From Promethearchaeota archaeon (lineage in GTDB: Archaea; Asgardarchaeota; Lokiarchaeia; Sigyniarchaeales; SOKP01), in the NCBI GenBank assembly GCA_016839555.1, contig JAEOUA010000012.1, forward strand, positions 317,756 to 381,755: a stretch of DNA of 64,000 nt. Reading direction: 5' to 3'. This document shows positions 49,368 to 60,370 of the stretch, one piece after another. The notes under the pieces were generated by a model. That model ran no database searches, was not told where the DNA came from, and worked only from the letters and a program-made list of their open reading frames with translations. Position 1 is the stretch's first letter; each line of letters begins with the position of its first letter. The translations under genes and the position numbers were made by a program.

Positions 49368-50201
49368 CTATTCGGCTAAAATTTTTATTGTATTTGTATA
49401 GACATATTCGCAAATAGGCACAGATGCCCCGCCATGGGTATTGATTAAATATCTACCATTACAAATTTCTGCCGAGTTTTTAACTAATTGAACTAATTTT
49501 GGAAAAAATTCTTTTGTTAAACCCCGACTTCCATAATCATTTTTGGCAGTATCGTGCCCTAATAAATGAATTATTATATCTGGCTGGAAATCGTCTAACC
49601 TATTAACAAATTCTTCTTCTACTAAGGTTAAATAACGGTCATCTGTGGTTTGAAATCCAGAATCAACACAAATTTTAGTATTATTATCTTCTATTCTATT
49701 TACAGAGCAGAAACATACATGAAGAACATTATGGTTTCCCATGGTGACATCACGCGTCCCATTACCATGATGAGAATCTGTATCTAATATGGCAACCTTG
49801 ACACCAGGAAATTTTTCTTGTAAATTGACTATGGTAGGACCACAAAACGATGCATAGGTACCACCCCATGCAGAATCTCTTTCTGCATGATGCCCTGCCG
49901 CCACTCCAAATATTAAAGCATTTCTTAGCTCACCCAGCATAATCTTTTCACTCGCCTCTACTGCCCCTCCAATGGTATAATAAGCTCCTTCCGCATACCA
50001 TTGTTTTTTTAAATTATCAATAAATCTTAGAGTATGAACCTTCAATAAGAGTTGCTCATCCACCTTTTTTGGCTCAAATAATTCTACATTTGGCAAATTT
50101 AGTTGCTCTTGCATCACACCTGGAAAATTTTGAAATTTATCATTAATTATATGCCAGACTTTTTGACTAAATAATTCATGAAAGAAGACTCCCGTTTTCA
50201 T
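49368..50201 (-). CDS. Histone deacetylase family protein
   Basis: LLKVHT, AGHHA, ILDTDSHHGNGT and GHDTAKND motifs. Confidence 0.88.
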   Translation of the reverse strand: MKTGVFFHELFSQKVWHIINDKFQNFPGVMQEQLNLPNVELFEPKKVDEQLLLKVHTLRFIDNLKKQWYAEGAYYTIGGAVEASEKIMLGELRNALIFGVAAGHHAERDSAWGGTYASFCGPTIVNLQEKFPGVKVAILDTDSHHGNGTRDVTMGNHNVLHVCFCSVNRIEDNNTKICVDSGFQTTDDRYLTLVEEEFVNRLDDFQPDIIIHLLGHDTAKNDYGSRGLTKEFFPKLVQLVKNSAEICNGRYLINTHGGASVPICEYVYTNTIKILAE

Positions 50202-50541
50202 AAATTCAATACCCTCTTAATAATAAAATTTTCACTACTCAAATTATTGTGTTATTTTTATTTCTTTCACTTGAAAATTCTTATAACCATTTGTTGAATT
50301 AATTCTAAATTTCTTATAGGAATAAAATGAGTATTTTTAAAGAAATGTATTAAATCTATTAAATTTTTTATTTTAAGGTAGTTTTATATGTAAATCAAAA
50401 TCCAGAAATTGACAATAATTGGCTTAAATTTAGTTTAAAAATAAATTTAGATATCTTCAATATAAAGAAAATTACTCAATAGAAATTAAAATAAATAGAA
50501 AAAAAGTAATTCCAACATTTCTTTTTGCCGTATTAATCACA

Positions 50542-50763
50542 AATAAATTAACTAATCTTCCAAACTCTTTTGATAAATTAAACTTCTTAAGATCAATTCA
50601 TGTTTCATCGAATAATATCGCTTCACTCCCCGAATCTTTGATTAATCTTGAAACACTTAAGGAATTACTTATAGAAGACAATCCAATTTCTAAGCACCGA
50701 GATTCTAAAACAGAAGAGATCATTGAAACATTAAGAAGAAAGGGGGTTATTGTTGCTTTATAG
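50542..50763 (+). pseudogene. Orphan 3' fragment of an LRR protein gene (no start codon)
   Basis: Manual translation: NKLTNLPNSFDKLNFLRSIHVSSNNIASLPESLINLETLKELLIEDNPI...IETLRRKGVIVAL*. The frame is open back to a TAG at 50431 with no ATG, GTG or TTG before the LRRs. Confidence 0.7.
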
Positions 50764-50961
50764 TCTATAATCTCATAAAGTCAATTTAAATTACATTTTT
50801 GGCTCATTTTACATGATAACTTTCTTTTATTAAATATATTAAAACTTGAATTCTCTTAACAAATACTATTAAAAAAAAATTTAATAATAATTAATAATTA
50901 TTTGGTTCATTATAAATCTCATAAAAAATTAAAGTACTAGAGGTGAAAGAGGATATCAGAA

Positions 50962-51723
50962 GTGTCAAAATTCATTGAAAAGTTAAAGAAAGCAATGGAA
51001 AAAGAAAAAGAACAGAAATTTGTAAAGAATTTAAAAAAAATACTTGAAAATAAAAAAGATGATATTCAATCCTTTTATGATTTATATGGTAAATTTATTC
51101 AGGAAAATCGAGATTTTGCATTAAGCAATTGTTATTATCTTTTTCGAAGAGAGGCCTCTAAAATATTATCAGTCGAAGAATTATTGAATATGGATCAATA
51201 TTTATTAAATAATTATGCATTTAAGAAGCCAGAGAAGCTTTTAATTTCATTTACAGGAAAAATTAAAGGATTAACCGGTCCATTGGAGGGAGTATTATTT
51301 TTGACAGATTATAGAATTCTCGGTACTGGAGAGATGAAAGGTGGATCCGGTTCCTCAACCAAAGGAATTTTAACAGGAGCAGAAGTTTCAATGGCAAAAG
51401 ATATAAACGCAATGATGAAGAAAAAAATGACTGATACTTTAGAACAAGAGACTTTGGGTGAAGGCTTTTCAGAAGAACAATTTAAAATTTTTCCACATAA
51501 TTTTCCTATAATAAATGCTTATAATATAAATAAAAACACTTATGCAATAAATTATATGATAAAATTTGAATATCAAAAAAAGAGTAAGACAAAAGTTAAA
51601 GAAGTGGTTGTTGTAATAATTCCCATGAAAGAAGAGGGGGAAAAATCTAAAGCATTTAAACCACGAAAAGAACTTATATTAGATAAACTTGAAGAAACTA
51701 TTCTTAAAGCACAATCCTTATAA
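50962..51723 (+). CDS. Hypothetical protein, possible PH/GRAM-like domain
   Basis: 253-aa ORF with GTG start and AGGTGA/GAGG Shine-Dalgarno. GVLFLTDYRI resembles the PH/GRAM signature. Confidence 0.7.
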   Translation: MSKFIEKLKKAMEKEKEQKFVKNLKKILENKKDDIQSFYDLYGKFIQENRDFALSNCYYLFRREASKILSVEELLNMDQYLLNNYAFKKPEKLLISFTGKIKGLTGPLEGVLFLTDYRILGTGEMKGGSGSSTKGILTGAEVSMAKDINAMMKKKMTDTLEQETLGEGFSEEQFKIFPHNFPIINAYNINKNTYAINYMIKFEYQKKSKTKVKEVVVVIIPMKEEGEKSKAFKPRKELILDKLEETILKAQSL

Positions 51724-51916
51724 ATACAATTTATTAGAAGGAATTTTAAACATCTCAAATAGAAATTTCAATATTTTTCCTTTTACTTTTTTATTATAAA
51801 TGATCAATGACGTTCTTAATAGTTAGAGCATTAATTCTAATAAATATTAACTAATTTTATACAAAAAAAGCTAGGAATATGTGAAATCCTAATAGTCTAT
51901 TAGCTTATTTAAGGAT

Positions 51917-52360
51917 TTAATTTAAAAAGTCCTCGAAGAATTTTACCACATTTCTTAATTGTTTCGTTTTTAAATCCATGATAAACCGAGTTACTTTCAC
52001 CAGAGCTACAATTTTACCATCAGATTCTCGAGAAAGTTTATGAAAAAATGTAAATGATTTATCTCCAATTTTTTCTATATTAGTCTTAACAAGGATATAG
52101 TCTCCAAATTTAGCGGTATTTTCATAAGTGATATCAACATGCTTTACTCCTAATGCAATTCCTTCGTGAATAAATTGTTCAACGGGTTTATTTCCTCCAA
52201 TTGAATTCATAAAACTTACAAAACCATCATCAAAATATACCATATAATTCTTAAAATGAACAATGCCCATCGCATCTGTATCATTAAAACGTACTTTAAC
52301 TCTGGTAATGTCTTGATGTTTTAAAATTCGGCTTTCTAATTGTTTTGAGGTATTTGACAT
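51917..52360 (-). CDS. Acyl-CoA thioesterase (4HBT/YbgC hotdog fold)
   Basis: VRFNDTDAMGIVH..NY..YF and AKFGD motifs. Confidence 0.9.
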   Translation of the reverse strand: MSNTSKQLESRILKHQDITRVKVRFNDTDAMGIVHFKNYMVYFDDGFVSFMNSIGGNKPVEQFIHEGIALGVKHVDITYENTAKFGDYILVKTNIEKIGDKSFTFFHKLSRESDGKIVALVKVTRFIMDLKTKQLRNVVKFFEDFLN

Positions 52361-52522
52361 GATTTAATGAAAAATTTTTAATTGAATGTGATTAAAATAA
52401 TATCGGATATTTTATGATTTCTACTAATTCATATCTTTTTTTGCTCTTTCTATAATATTATCGTTAAATTTTAATTGCTTAACATATCAATAATTATAAA
52501 AAAATATAATTAAACGATTGAA

Positions 52523-53758
52523 ATGGCTGAAGAAAAAAAAATTATGAATAGATGGCTGGTCGTTTTCGGCGCAGTGTTAATCCAACTAGCCTTAGGCTCA
52601 TTATATAGTTGGGGAGCGATGACAGGTGAAATCAGCGGAGGGAATTTCTTAAATGAACCTAGTGAAGTAACAACATATATTTTTGGAATAGCATTAGCTG
52701 CTTTTGCGATAACTATGATTTTTGCGGGAAAACTCCAGCAACAATATGGCCCTAAAAAGATCTCTATTCTCGGAGGCATCTTAATTGGTGTAGGAACGAT
52801 TTTATCTGCATTTTTGGGTGGAAATTTTTGGGGATTATTTATAACCTATGGTATAATTTATGGCGCTGGAATAGGCTTTACTTATGTATGTCCTATCGCT
52901 ACAGCAGCAGCGTGGTTTCCAGATAAAAAGGGAATGATTAGTGGAATTGCTGTTGCAGGTTTCGGAGCGGGATCCTTTATTTTTAATTATTTAGTGGATT
53001 GGTTTGTATTAATTAGTATTCCTGTGATGTATATCTTATTAGGGATAATATATGTAGCCTTTATAGTGATTGGTGCTATGACAATGATTAGGCCTCCTGA
53101 TGGATGGTTACCAGAGGGATTTGTCCCTCCTGTGGCAACAGAAACAAGCTCTGAGGGTATGGTTGAATTTTCTCGAAAAGAAATGCTCTCAAAATATCAA
53201 TTTTGGTTATTATGGCTTTCTTATATTTTGGGTTGTATGCCAGGACTTCTAGTCATCGGAACCTATAAAACATTTGCTAATAGTGATCCTAATTTTTCAA
53301 TTTATGGATTGGGTACTTTTTTGATTCTAGTCGGAAGTATTGGAGCATTGTTTAATGGTCTTGGAAGAATTAGTTGGGGGAAAGTTGCCGATATCTTAGA
53401 TTATAAAAAAGCGTTACTCCTCTTGTTTTTAGTACAAGCTTCCATGTTATTCTTATATTTCACAACCAATATTAACTATGCTTACTATTTTATCACCACT
53501 TGCATAATCTTTTTCTGTTTTGGAGGAAATTTATCGCTATATCCGACCGCGACTGCTGACCTATTTGGAAATAAAAACCTTGGTCAAAACTATGGTGTGA
53601 TGTTTACGGCCTATGGAATTGCTGGATTCATTCAAGCGGTTGCGACAAATCAAATCGTTTTAACCTTAGGAGGATACTTACCACTCTATCTCTTAGTGGG
53701 AGGTTTTTCAGTCGGCGCCTTGGTTTTAGTATTTTTTATAAAACCACCTAAAAAATAA
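52523..53758 (+). CDS. MFS transporter, oxalate:formate antiporter (OFA) family
   Basis: LGSLYSW, WFPDKKG..SG..VAGFGAG, NGLGRISWG..AD and FGNKNLGQNYG motifs, with about 12 TM segments. Confidence 0.9.
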   Translation: MAEEKKIMNRWLVVFGAVLIQLALGSLYSWGAMTGEISGGNFLNEPSEVTTYIFGIALAAFAITMIFAGKLQQQYGPKKISILGGILIGVGTILSAFLGGNFWGLFITYGIIYGAGIGFTYVCPIATAAAWFPDKKGMISGIAVAGFGAGSFIFNYLVDWFVLISIPVMYILLGIIYVAFIVIGAMTMIRPPDGWLPEGFVPPVATETSSEGMVEFSRKEMLSKYQFWLLWLSYILGCMPGLLVIGTYKTFANSDPNFSIYGLGTFLILVGSIGALFNGLGRISWGKVADILDYKKALLLLFLVQASMLFLYFTTNINYAYYFITTCIIFFCFGGNLSLYPTATADLFGNKNLGQNYGVMFTAYGIAGFIQAVATNQIVLTLGGYLPLYLLVGGFSVGALVLVFFIKPPKK

Positions 53759-53923
53759 ACCACTAAAAAAAGAAAAAACCTAAATTATTTTTTATATTTT
53801 TTTATACTCTTCTTAGAAAAACGTAATAAGTTAAATATTTCTTTATAGCAAAAATTATGATTTTAGTAAAGAAAAAAAATAAAAGAAATTAAGAAAATAA
53901 AAATAGAAAAAATATTTAAAAAA

Positions 53924-55513
53924 TTAATCTCTTTCCGCAGCCTTTGCGTTTATAATTCTGTCTACTCGAAGGATTAAATTAGCTAATTCTCCACCAGCCT
54001 TCACAATATGTTTAATTAATTCTGCTGGTTCAATGATACCCTTTTCCATATTATTTCCAATTTTGTTCTCAATGGTATCAATGCCAATCCATTTATCTTC
54101 TGGGGTTTTATGTGCTGCTCGAAGTTCTGTCATGTTTTCTATAACATCAAGTCCCGCGTTCGCGATTAACGTTCTAGGAATTTCTTCAAGCGCATTAGCA
54201 AATGCTTGAATGGCTAATTGCTCTTTTCCGCTGATCTCATTGGCATACGTTCGTAGTCTCTTTGCTACTTCAATGTAGGTAGCTCCACCACCAGCCACAA
54301 TGGTTTTCGTATCAATAATCTTTGCTAACACACTCACTACATCATGAAGAGCAATTTCTGCTGTGTTTAGAATCTTCTCAAGACCACCTTTTAGTAAAAT
54401 TGCGACAGTTTTCGGATTTTTGCAGCCACTAAAGATAGTATAATCATCATCTCCAATTTTCTCGAATTTTACCTTTTCCGCAAAACCAAGGTGTTCTTCA
54501 CGTAAATCTTTAAGATCATCTATTTGGGTACCCCCTGTAGCATTAATTACGGATTTGATATCATCATCACTTAAACTTTTAATTGCTGCTATACCTTCTT
54601 TACTTAGCATAGCCCCGAATTTATCAGAAATATCTTGATTATTCACAATCATTGTTACACCGAGATCTGTAAAGTATTTGAGATATCCCTTAAGCATATT
54701 CTTTTCTTGGTCTAAAAATTGTTGAATCTTCTCTGGACTCTTTATCATTATATTAGAATCATATTCAGATTTGACAATCTCTAATTTTTTACGGATTATG
54801 GCAATTTTGGCATTAGAAATCACATCAGGCATATTGGAATTTACTTTCTCTTTCTCTATGTAAATTCCACTAATTAATTCCGAATCTTTTAAAGATTTAC
54901 CAGGGGCCTTAATTACCTTAATATTGCTAACCTTATCGAAGATCGGGCCTTCATTTTTCTCTGCGACGTGGCGAACTGCTTTTAAAGCCAACTCAGCAAA
55001 ATATTCTTTAACAGCAGCAATGTCCTTGGAATTCATGGAAGTAATTGCTGCTCCTTTAAGTAATTCTTCGTTATCTTCAGAAATCTTTTTGGATATTTCA
55101 TCAATAATTTGAATTGTTTTATTAGAAGCTAATTTGAATCCATTAGTAATAGGTTTAGGATGAATCTCCTGCTCTATTAACTCAAGTGCGTTTTGTAATA
55201 ATTGAGCACAAAATATAACAGCAGATGTGGTTCCATCACCCACTTCTTTGTCAACAGACTTAGCCAAATTTACCATCATGTTCGCCGCAACATTCTCAAT
55301 ATCTAGTTTGTCTAAAATTTCTGCACCATCGTTTGTTATGGTAATATCTCCTACAGAATCAACAAGCATCTTATCCATTCCTTTTGGACCCATAGTTGAA
55401 CGAACAGTCTCTGTAATCGCCATCATGGCATTAATGTTTTGAGTTCGGGCTTCTCTCTTCTTTATATCCTCCGTTCCCTCACGGAGAATGATAATAGGAA
55501 CATTTGACGACAT
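53924..55513 (-). CDS. ths: Thermosome subunit (group II chaperonin)
   Basis: STMGPKGMDKMLVD, ITNDGA, EVGDGTTS, VAGGGA, FANALEEIP and LILRVD motifs. ATG at 55513. Confidence 0.95.
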   Translation of the reverse strand: MSSNVPIIILREGTEDIKKREARTQNINAMMAITETVRSTMGPKGMDKMLVDSVGDITITNDGAEILDKLDIENVAANMMVNLAKSVDKEVGDGTTSAVIFCAQLLQNALELIEQEIHPKPITNGFKLASNKTIQIIDEISKKISEDNEELLKGAAITSMNSKDIAAVKEYFAELALKAVRHVAEKNEGPIFDKVSNIKVIKAPGKSLKDSELISGIYIEKEKVNSNMPDVISNAKIAIIRKKLEIVKSEYDSNIMIKSPEKIQQFLDQEKNMLKGYLKYFTDLGVTMIVNNQDISDKFGAMLSKEGIAAIKSLSDDDIKSVINATGGTQIDDLKDLREEHLGFAEKVKFEKIGDDDYTIFSGCKNPKTVAILLKGGLEKILNTAEIALHDVVSVLAKIIDTKTIVAGGGATYIEVAKRLRTYANEISGKEQLAIQAFANALEEIPRTLIANAGLDVIENMTELRAAHKTPEDKWIGIDTIENKIGNNMEKGIIEPAELIKHIVKAGGELANLILRVDRIINAKAAERD

Positions 55514-55711
55514 TTGAATCACTTTTGTTTTTATTTTAATTGATTGATTAAAGATAATTAAAAAGAATTTTTTAATTTTTTGATTTGGAGATCATTTAAA
55601 TACTTTAAATAATACTTTTTTCAAAATTTATGGATAATTTTTTTTATAATAATATGAATTAGAATAGCAATTTTAGGGTTAATTATTAGAAGTTTTCAAA
55701 AATCAGTGAAT

Positions 55712-57274
55712 CTATTTAAAATGAGATAACTTTTTATTCGATAATTTATAATTAGGATTTATTTTACGAATCTTATCAATAGCTATTTTTATATTCTCTG
55801 ATAAGCCATGCGAAAAATACAGATTTGCCAATTTTTCCCAGAATATGAGGTTTTTGTATTCAATAGAGGATATCTCCAGGGCATCTAATTCTGTCTTGTT
55901 TAAATAGTGTAAGAAGCCCTCTTCAAGAAGATATAGCACCACACTCGGATATCCTGTTTCAAATCTTCTTCCTATTTCCTCCTTAAAACTACGTATTGCC
56001 CTTCTATCCCCGGCGTCAGCTAATTTTTTGAGCAAAGGGAATGCCAAATTTCGATGTAGGATGCGAGTATCATACTTATTCTCATACCAAGCTTGTAAAT
56101 TAGAACAATGCCCCCAAAATTCCGTTCTAGAATCAATTATTTGAGGATTTTGTGAAGTTAATTCCAAAGAATGATCCAAAGTATCGGCAGCTTCATCTAT
56201 AGAATTAATATTATCATATTTTTCTATATTATTACAATCAAGATTAAGGAGCAGATATTTACACTGATAAAATCGCCTATTATTGACATATATATTGGTC
56301 ACTCCGTTTTCATATTTTAAACAAAGTTTTTCATTAATTACAAATGTATTAATTAATGGATTTAACACATAATTTATGTAATTAATCACATCGTGAATTT
56401 TATTCCCAAATTGATCTTCCAGAGTTAAAAATGAAGAAATATGATTTTTAATAGTGTTGAATTCTTTGATAAATACTAATTTAAAAAAATTTGAATCAAA
56501 ATCACTTTTTTCGAGTGAATTCTGGATAATTTTCTCAATTAAAGCATCAAAATTATGCTTTTCTGAATTAATACCTTTATTGTATAAATTAATAAGTTCT
56601 TCTTGAATAGTTTGAATAAATCTGTTTACTTTAAATTGAGTAATCTCAATTTGATTAAGATTAATCACTTGAGAATCAGAATAACCATTAAGAACTCTAT
56701 TTTGTCTTATCATTTGCACATCTGTTAATGGATCGGGATAAGGTTGAGGTACTTCTGTTAATCCTAATATATTCCTTGCTAACACTTCGAAAATTAAATC
56801 TACATTAAACCCCGTTTTACATGATGCTTTTATATAACCTAATAAATTTAAAGAATCTATTTTTTGAAGTAAATAGTCATCATCAATCTCTATATTATTA
56901 AATAAGTCAGCTTTTAATCCGACGAGTAATATTGGGAGATTAGGGTTGGAGAATCTTAAAAAGCTCACCCATTCCTCGATATTTTCAAGAGTAAGAGGGC
57001 GTGTTAAATCAAAAGCAAGAATTGCCCCATCACACCCTCCAATATAAGATTTCTGAATATATCTAAACCGGCTCTGTCCCGCGAGATCAAAAAATACCAT
57101 TTTAATCTCTCTCTCCTCAATTTCTATAGATTTCGAATTGAAATTGAACCCTATGGTCATTTTCGTATTCGGGTCGAATTCCCCCTCCACAAACCGATGA
57201 AGTAGTGTAGTGCGACCTACACCTCCGTCTCCTGTAAGAATTATTTTCTTAATATTACTCAAAGTTTTTTTCAA
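55712..57274 (-). CDS. Rab/Roc-like small GTPase fused to a long C-terminal region
   Basis: GDGGVGRTT, TIG, FDLAGQSRF, FDLTRPLTL, GLKADL and ASCKTG motifs. C-terminal FWGHCSNLQAW...HRNLAFPLLKKL segment. Confidence 0.85.
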   Translation of the reverse strand: MKKTLSNIKKIILTGDGGVGRTTLLHRFVEGEFDPNTKMTIGFNFNSKSIEIEEREIKMVFFDLAGQSRFRYIQKSYIGGCDGAILAFDLTRPLTLENIEEWVSFLRFSNPNLPILLVGLKADLFNNIEIDDDYLLQKIDSLNLLGYIKASCKTGFNVDLIFEVLARNILGLTEVPQPYPDPLTDVQMIRQNRVLNGYSDSQVINLNQIEITQFKVNRFIQTIQEELINLYNKGINSEKHNFDALIEKIIQNSLEKSDFDSNFFKLVFIKEFNTIKNHISSFLTLEDQFGNKIHDVINYINYVLNPLINTFVINEKLCLKYENGVTNIYVNNRRFYQCKYLLLNLDCNNIEKYDNINSIDEAADTLDHSLELTSQNPQIIDSRTEFWGHCSNLQAWYENKYDTRILHRNLAFPLLKKLADAGDRRAIRSFKEEIGRRFETGYPSVVLYLLEEGFLHYLNKTELDALEISSIEYKNLIFWEKLANLYFSHGLSENIKIAIDKIRKINPNYKLSNKKLSHFK

Positions 57275-57434
57275 AAAATGTATACAAATTAATATATTTT
57301 AAATTATTTATTTATGTTTTATCTTCATAGATTTGATACAAAGAGACAAAAAATTTTATCCCTCCTAAACTTTAAATATAAAATCTATTATATTATCGTT
57401 AGATTGGAAAATAGTTATATTAGAGGTTAATTTC

Positions 57435-57728
57435 TTGGAAAAGCCGTATTTTTGCACAAAATGCAAGAGAAAGCATTACAGAGGTAAAATTTTTGAAACA
57501 CATTTAAAATATAAAGAGAAAGAAAAAGCGATTCCCTCTTCAGATAAATTTATTATGCGAGGGAAAAAAGGAGAAGAGTTAGAAGTGAGAGTTGATAAAA
57601 TGAGAGAAAAACTAAGAATCAATATATATAAAGATCATCAGCTTGCATGTTCTACCCATGCTCCTGCAAATAAAACGCTATTAAAAAGAAATAATATAAG
57701 AAAATATATTGAAAATCATTGTTTTTAA
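57435..57728 (+). CDS. Small hypothetical protein with N-terminal zinc-finger-like motif
   Basis: CTKCKRKH...H motif. TTG start preceded by GAGGT Shine-Dalgarno. Confidence 0.6.
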   Translation: MEKPYFCTKCKRKHYRGKIFETHLKYKEKEKAIPSSDKFIMRGKKGEELEVRVDKMREKLRINIYKDHQLACSTHAPANKTLLKRNNIRKYIENHCF

Positions 57729-57870
57729 AGAACTTATTTAATTTTTCTCCACCAATAAAAATAGCATAATTTTATAATTTTAAAAATTTTTAAAACTTTA
57801 CAACGTCTTATATGGATAAAGCAATAAAAAAGGAAACCGTTAAAATTCAATATATAACTCTAAAAAATTC

Positions 57871-58323
57871 TCAAATATTTACATAACTTTTATTCTTATA
57901 TTCCTTTAGAACCATATTTGAAACAGTTCTTCTAACATATGCTCTCTGATTTAAATCGCGGATGAATTCATGCACATCATCTGAATTTTTAAATCGGCAA
58001 ATAAGAGCTGCAGACTGTTCTCCGGTAGTATGAAAAATAGAACAAACTTCTGGCTTTTCACTAATCTCATTAAGAATCTTTTCTGTGAATTTTCCATCTA
58101 TTTGCATTCGAATTAAAAAGGTAAGTTTATATCCTAGTTTTACATTATTTAATCGAATTGTATACCCTTCAATTATATCATTTTCTTTTAATTTTGTAAT
58201 TCGATTATGAATGGTACCAATTGAAATACCTAAACTGTCCTTAATCTCTCTATAAGAAGTTCGAGCATTTTCCTGTAAGATTCTTATTATCTCCCGATCG
58301 AGGTCGTCAATATCCTTTTTCAT
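57871..58323 (-). CDS. Lrp/AsnC family transcriptional regulator
   Basis: IDDLDREII..LQENARTSY...GISIGTIHNRI..L...IIEGY HTH and TTGE motif. Confidence 0.92.
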   Translation of the reverse strand: MKKDIDDLDREIIRILQENARTSYREIKDSLGISIGTIHNRITKLKENDIIEGYTIRLNNVKLGYKLTFLIRMQIDGKFTEKILNEISEKPEVCSIFHTTGEQSAALICRFKNSDDVHEFIRDLNQRAYVRRTVSNMVLKEYKNKSYVNI

Positions 58324-58597
58324 ATAGCATTCAATAAAACTATAGTATTTTTATAAAAATTACACTCTTATAAATATTGGATCATTTTTTAAAAATTTAT
58401 AGCAATTAAAATTTATTTTGAAAAATATTTAAAATTTTTTAAATTAAAAATAAAAAATTAAACATCTATTAATATTTTTATTCTAAAAATTTAAAACATT
58501 ATAGTTTTAGTTATCAAAATTAAAAGCATATATTATAAAAACTTATAGAATTAAAAAAAATAGATATTTTAATTTTTCTGCGATTAAATTTTTTATC

Positions 58598-59122
58598 ATG
58601 ATTTTTAGAGATGCCATTCCTACAGATGCAGTAGATATTGCAAAAATTCAATTAACTGTATGGAAACAAGCTTATAATAAAATCTTTCCTGAGAAATTCT
58701 TACAACAAATGTCTTATAAGGATAAAATAGAGTCCAATTATAAATGGTTAGAAAGCTTAGAGAAAACCACAAGAGTTTTCGTTGCTGAAATTAAATCAAA
58801 ACAGCTTATCGGTTTTTCTGTTGGAGGGTTGAAAAGAGAAGGAGACCCGTTATATAAAGGTGAATTATGGGGGATATATATTCTAAATAATTATCAAAGA
58901 AAAGGTATTGGAACAGAATTATTCAAAAAAGTAATCCAACATTTATTAAATATTAAAATTAATTCTATGTTGGTCTGGGTACTGAAGGATAACCCATATC
59001 GTTTTTTTTATGAAAAATTAAAGGGTAAGTTCGTAAGAGAGAAACAAAAGGAATTTAATGGATTATTTCGACTAATAGTCTCATATGGATGGCTCAATAT
59101 AAAAAATATTTTTAAAAATTGA
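58598..59122 (+). CDS. GNAT family N-acetyltransferase
   Basis: ELWGIYIL..YQRKGIGTELF, WVLKDNP and FYEKL motifs. Confidence 0.9.
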   Translation: MIFRDAIPTDAVDIAKIQLTVWKQAYNKIFPEKFLQQMSYKDKIESNYKWLESLEKTTRVFVAEIKSKQLIGFSVGGLKREGDPLYKGELWGIYILNNYQRKGIGTELFKKVIQHLLNIKINSMLVWVLKDNPYRFFYEKLKGKFVREKQKEFNGLFRLIVSYGWLNIKNIFKN

Positions 59123-59303
59123 TTGATTAGAGGGTAAATCAATTCTATAATTGAAAAAGGAGGATTTTTTTAATTTAAGATTCTCTATAGCATAAAACTC
59201 CTAAGAAAACATCTATTAGCTAAAAAACGAAAATTTCAATTTTTAATTTTCATAAAGGAATTTGAATGAAAATGTTGAAAAAAAATAAAAAAATGATTAC
59301 ATT

Positions 59304-60035
59304 TTAACTAATTTTATAATTAAGAAGAATTAGCAGAAAAAAAACTGCCGCGGGTGGTAGGAATAGAATTGTGAAGATTCCCGTAAGTATATGAATTTTA
59401 TAGTATAATTCAATCATTATAACCCCTATATTCACAATAAAGGCACCCGTAAGAGCCATTATATAGCTTGGTTTTTCAAAAATCTTCCATGTGGTGAAAG
59501 CATATAACAGCAATCCTCCTACAATTATAACTAGTCCCCATATTGGGACCCGTTCTGAATAAAAAAAGTCAGGCACCCTTATCGCCGCTTCTATCATTAG
59601 TATAAAAAAGGAAGCAGAAATTGACATCAATGCATAATTAATTGCTCTTTTATTTTCTAATTCTTTCTTTCCATAATAATAAGCTATAATCATCATTGCA
59701 AAGAATGTAATTGTTGGAAAGATTATAAAATTACTAATCCATTCTCCCCAAATAGGAAATTTAATTGCAAAGAACGCTAAAATAAAGATCTCTCCTATGA
59801 TTGTAATAATTGTCCCTACAAATTCAAGATAATATTTATCAACCAGAAAAAGTCCAGTCAAATAAACGACTAAACCTGCAGCAAGTATATAAAGCCCATA
59901 AATCCATGCATTATATTTAGTTAAGGGGAAAATTATAACAATATTGATTAAAATAATTATAAAAACAATAATATTAATTATCCCTGAAATAACTAATACT
60001 TTTTTCTTATCAAGATTCATCTTTTTGACTTCCAT
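59304..60035 (-). CDS. Polytopic membrane protein (about 8 TM helices)
   Basis: 243-aa hydrophobic ORF. Confidence 0.75.
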   Translation of the reverse strand: MEVKKMNLDKKKVLVISGIINIIVFIIILINIVIIFPLTKYNAWIYGLYILAAGLVVYLTGLFLVDKYYLEFVGTIITIIGEIFILAFFAIKFPIWGEWISNFIIFPTITFFAMMIIAYYYGKKELENKRAINYALMSISASFFILMIEAAIRVPDFFYSERVPIWGLVIIVGGLLLYAFTTWKIFEKPSYIMALTGAFIVNIGVIMIELYYKIHILTGIFTILFLPPAAVFFLLILLNYKIS

Positions 60036-60370
60036 TTCTTATTATTTTTATATTAATTCTTAGATCTCTAAATTATAAAAAATTTCACTAGTTATTTTTA
60101 TTAATTTAAGATTTATAAATTTTTATAAAGAACCCCTAATTTATATGATTTATCCATTTTATATCTATAAATTTAATTTTAATTTATTATAACAAATAAA
60201 TTTTCATTAAAGGAAAAATTTGATAGGATTTGACTCTCTCTACTAATTAGATTCAAATTATAAAAAATTTATATTTATTTTTTTAATTAATATACATTAT
60301 AGGAAAGGTAGAATTTGAAGAGAAAATCAATAGCTAAGAATAGATGATTTGAAAAACTCATTATTTAAAT

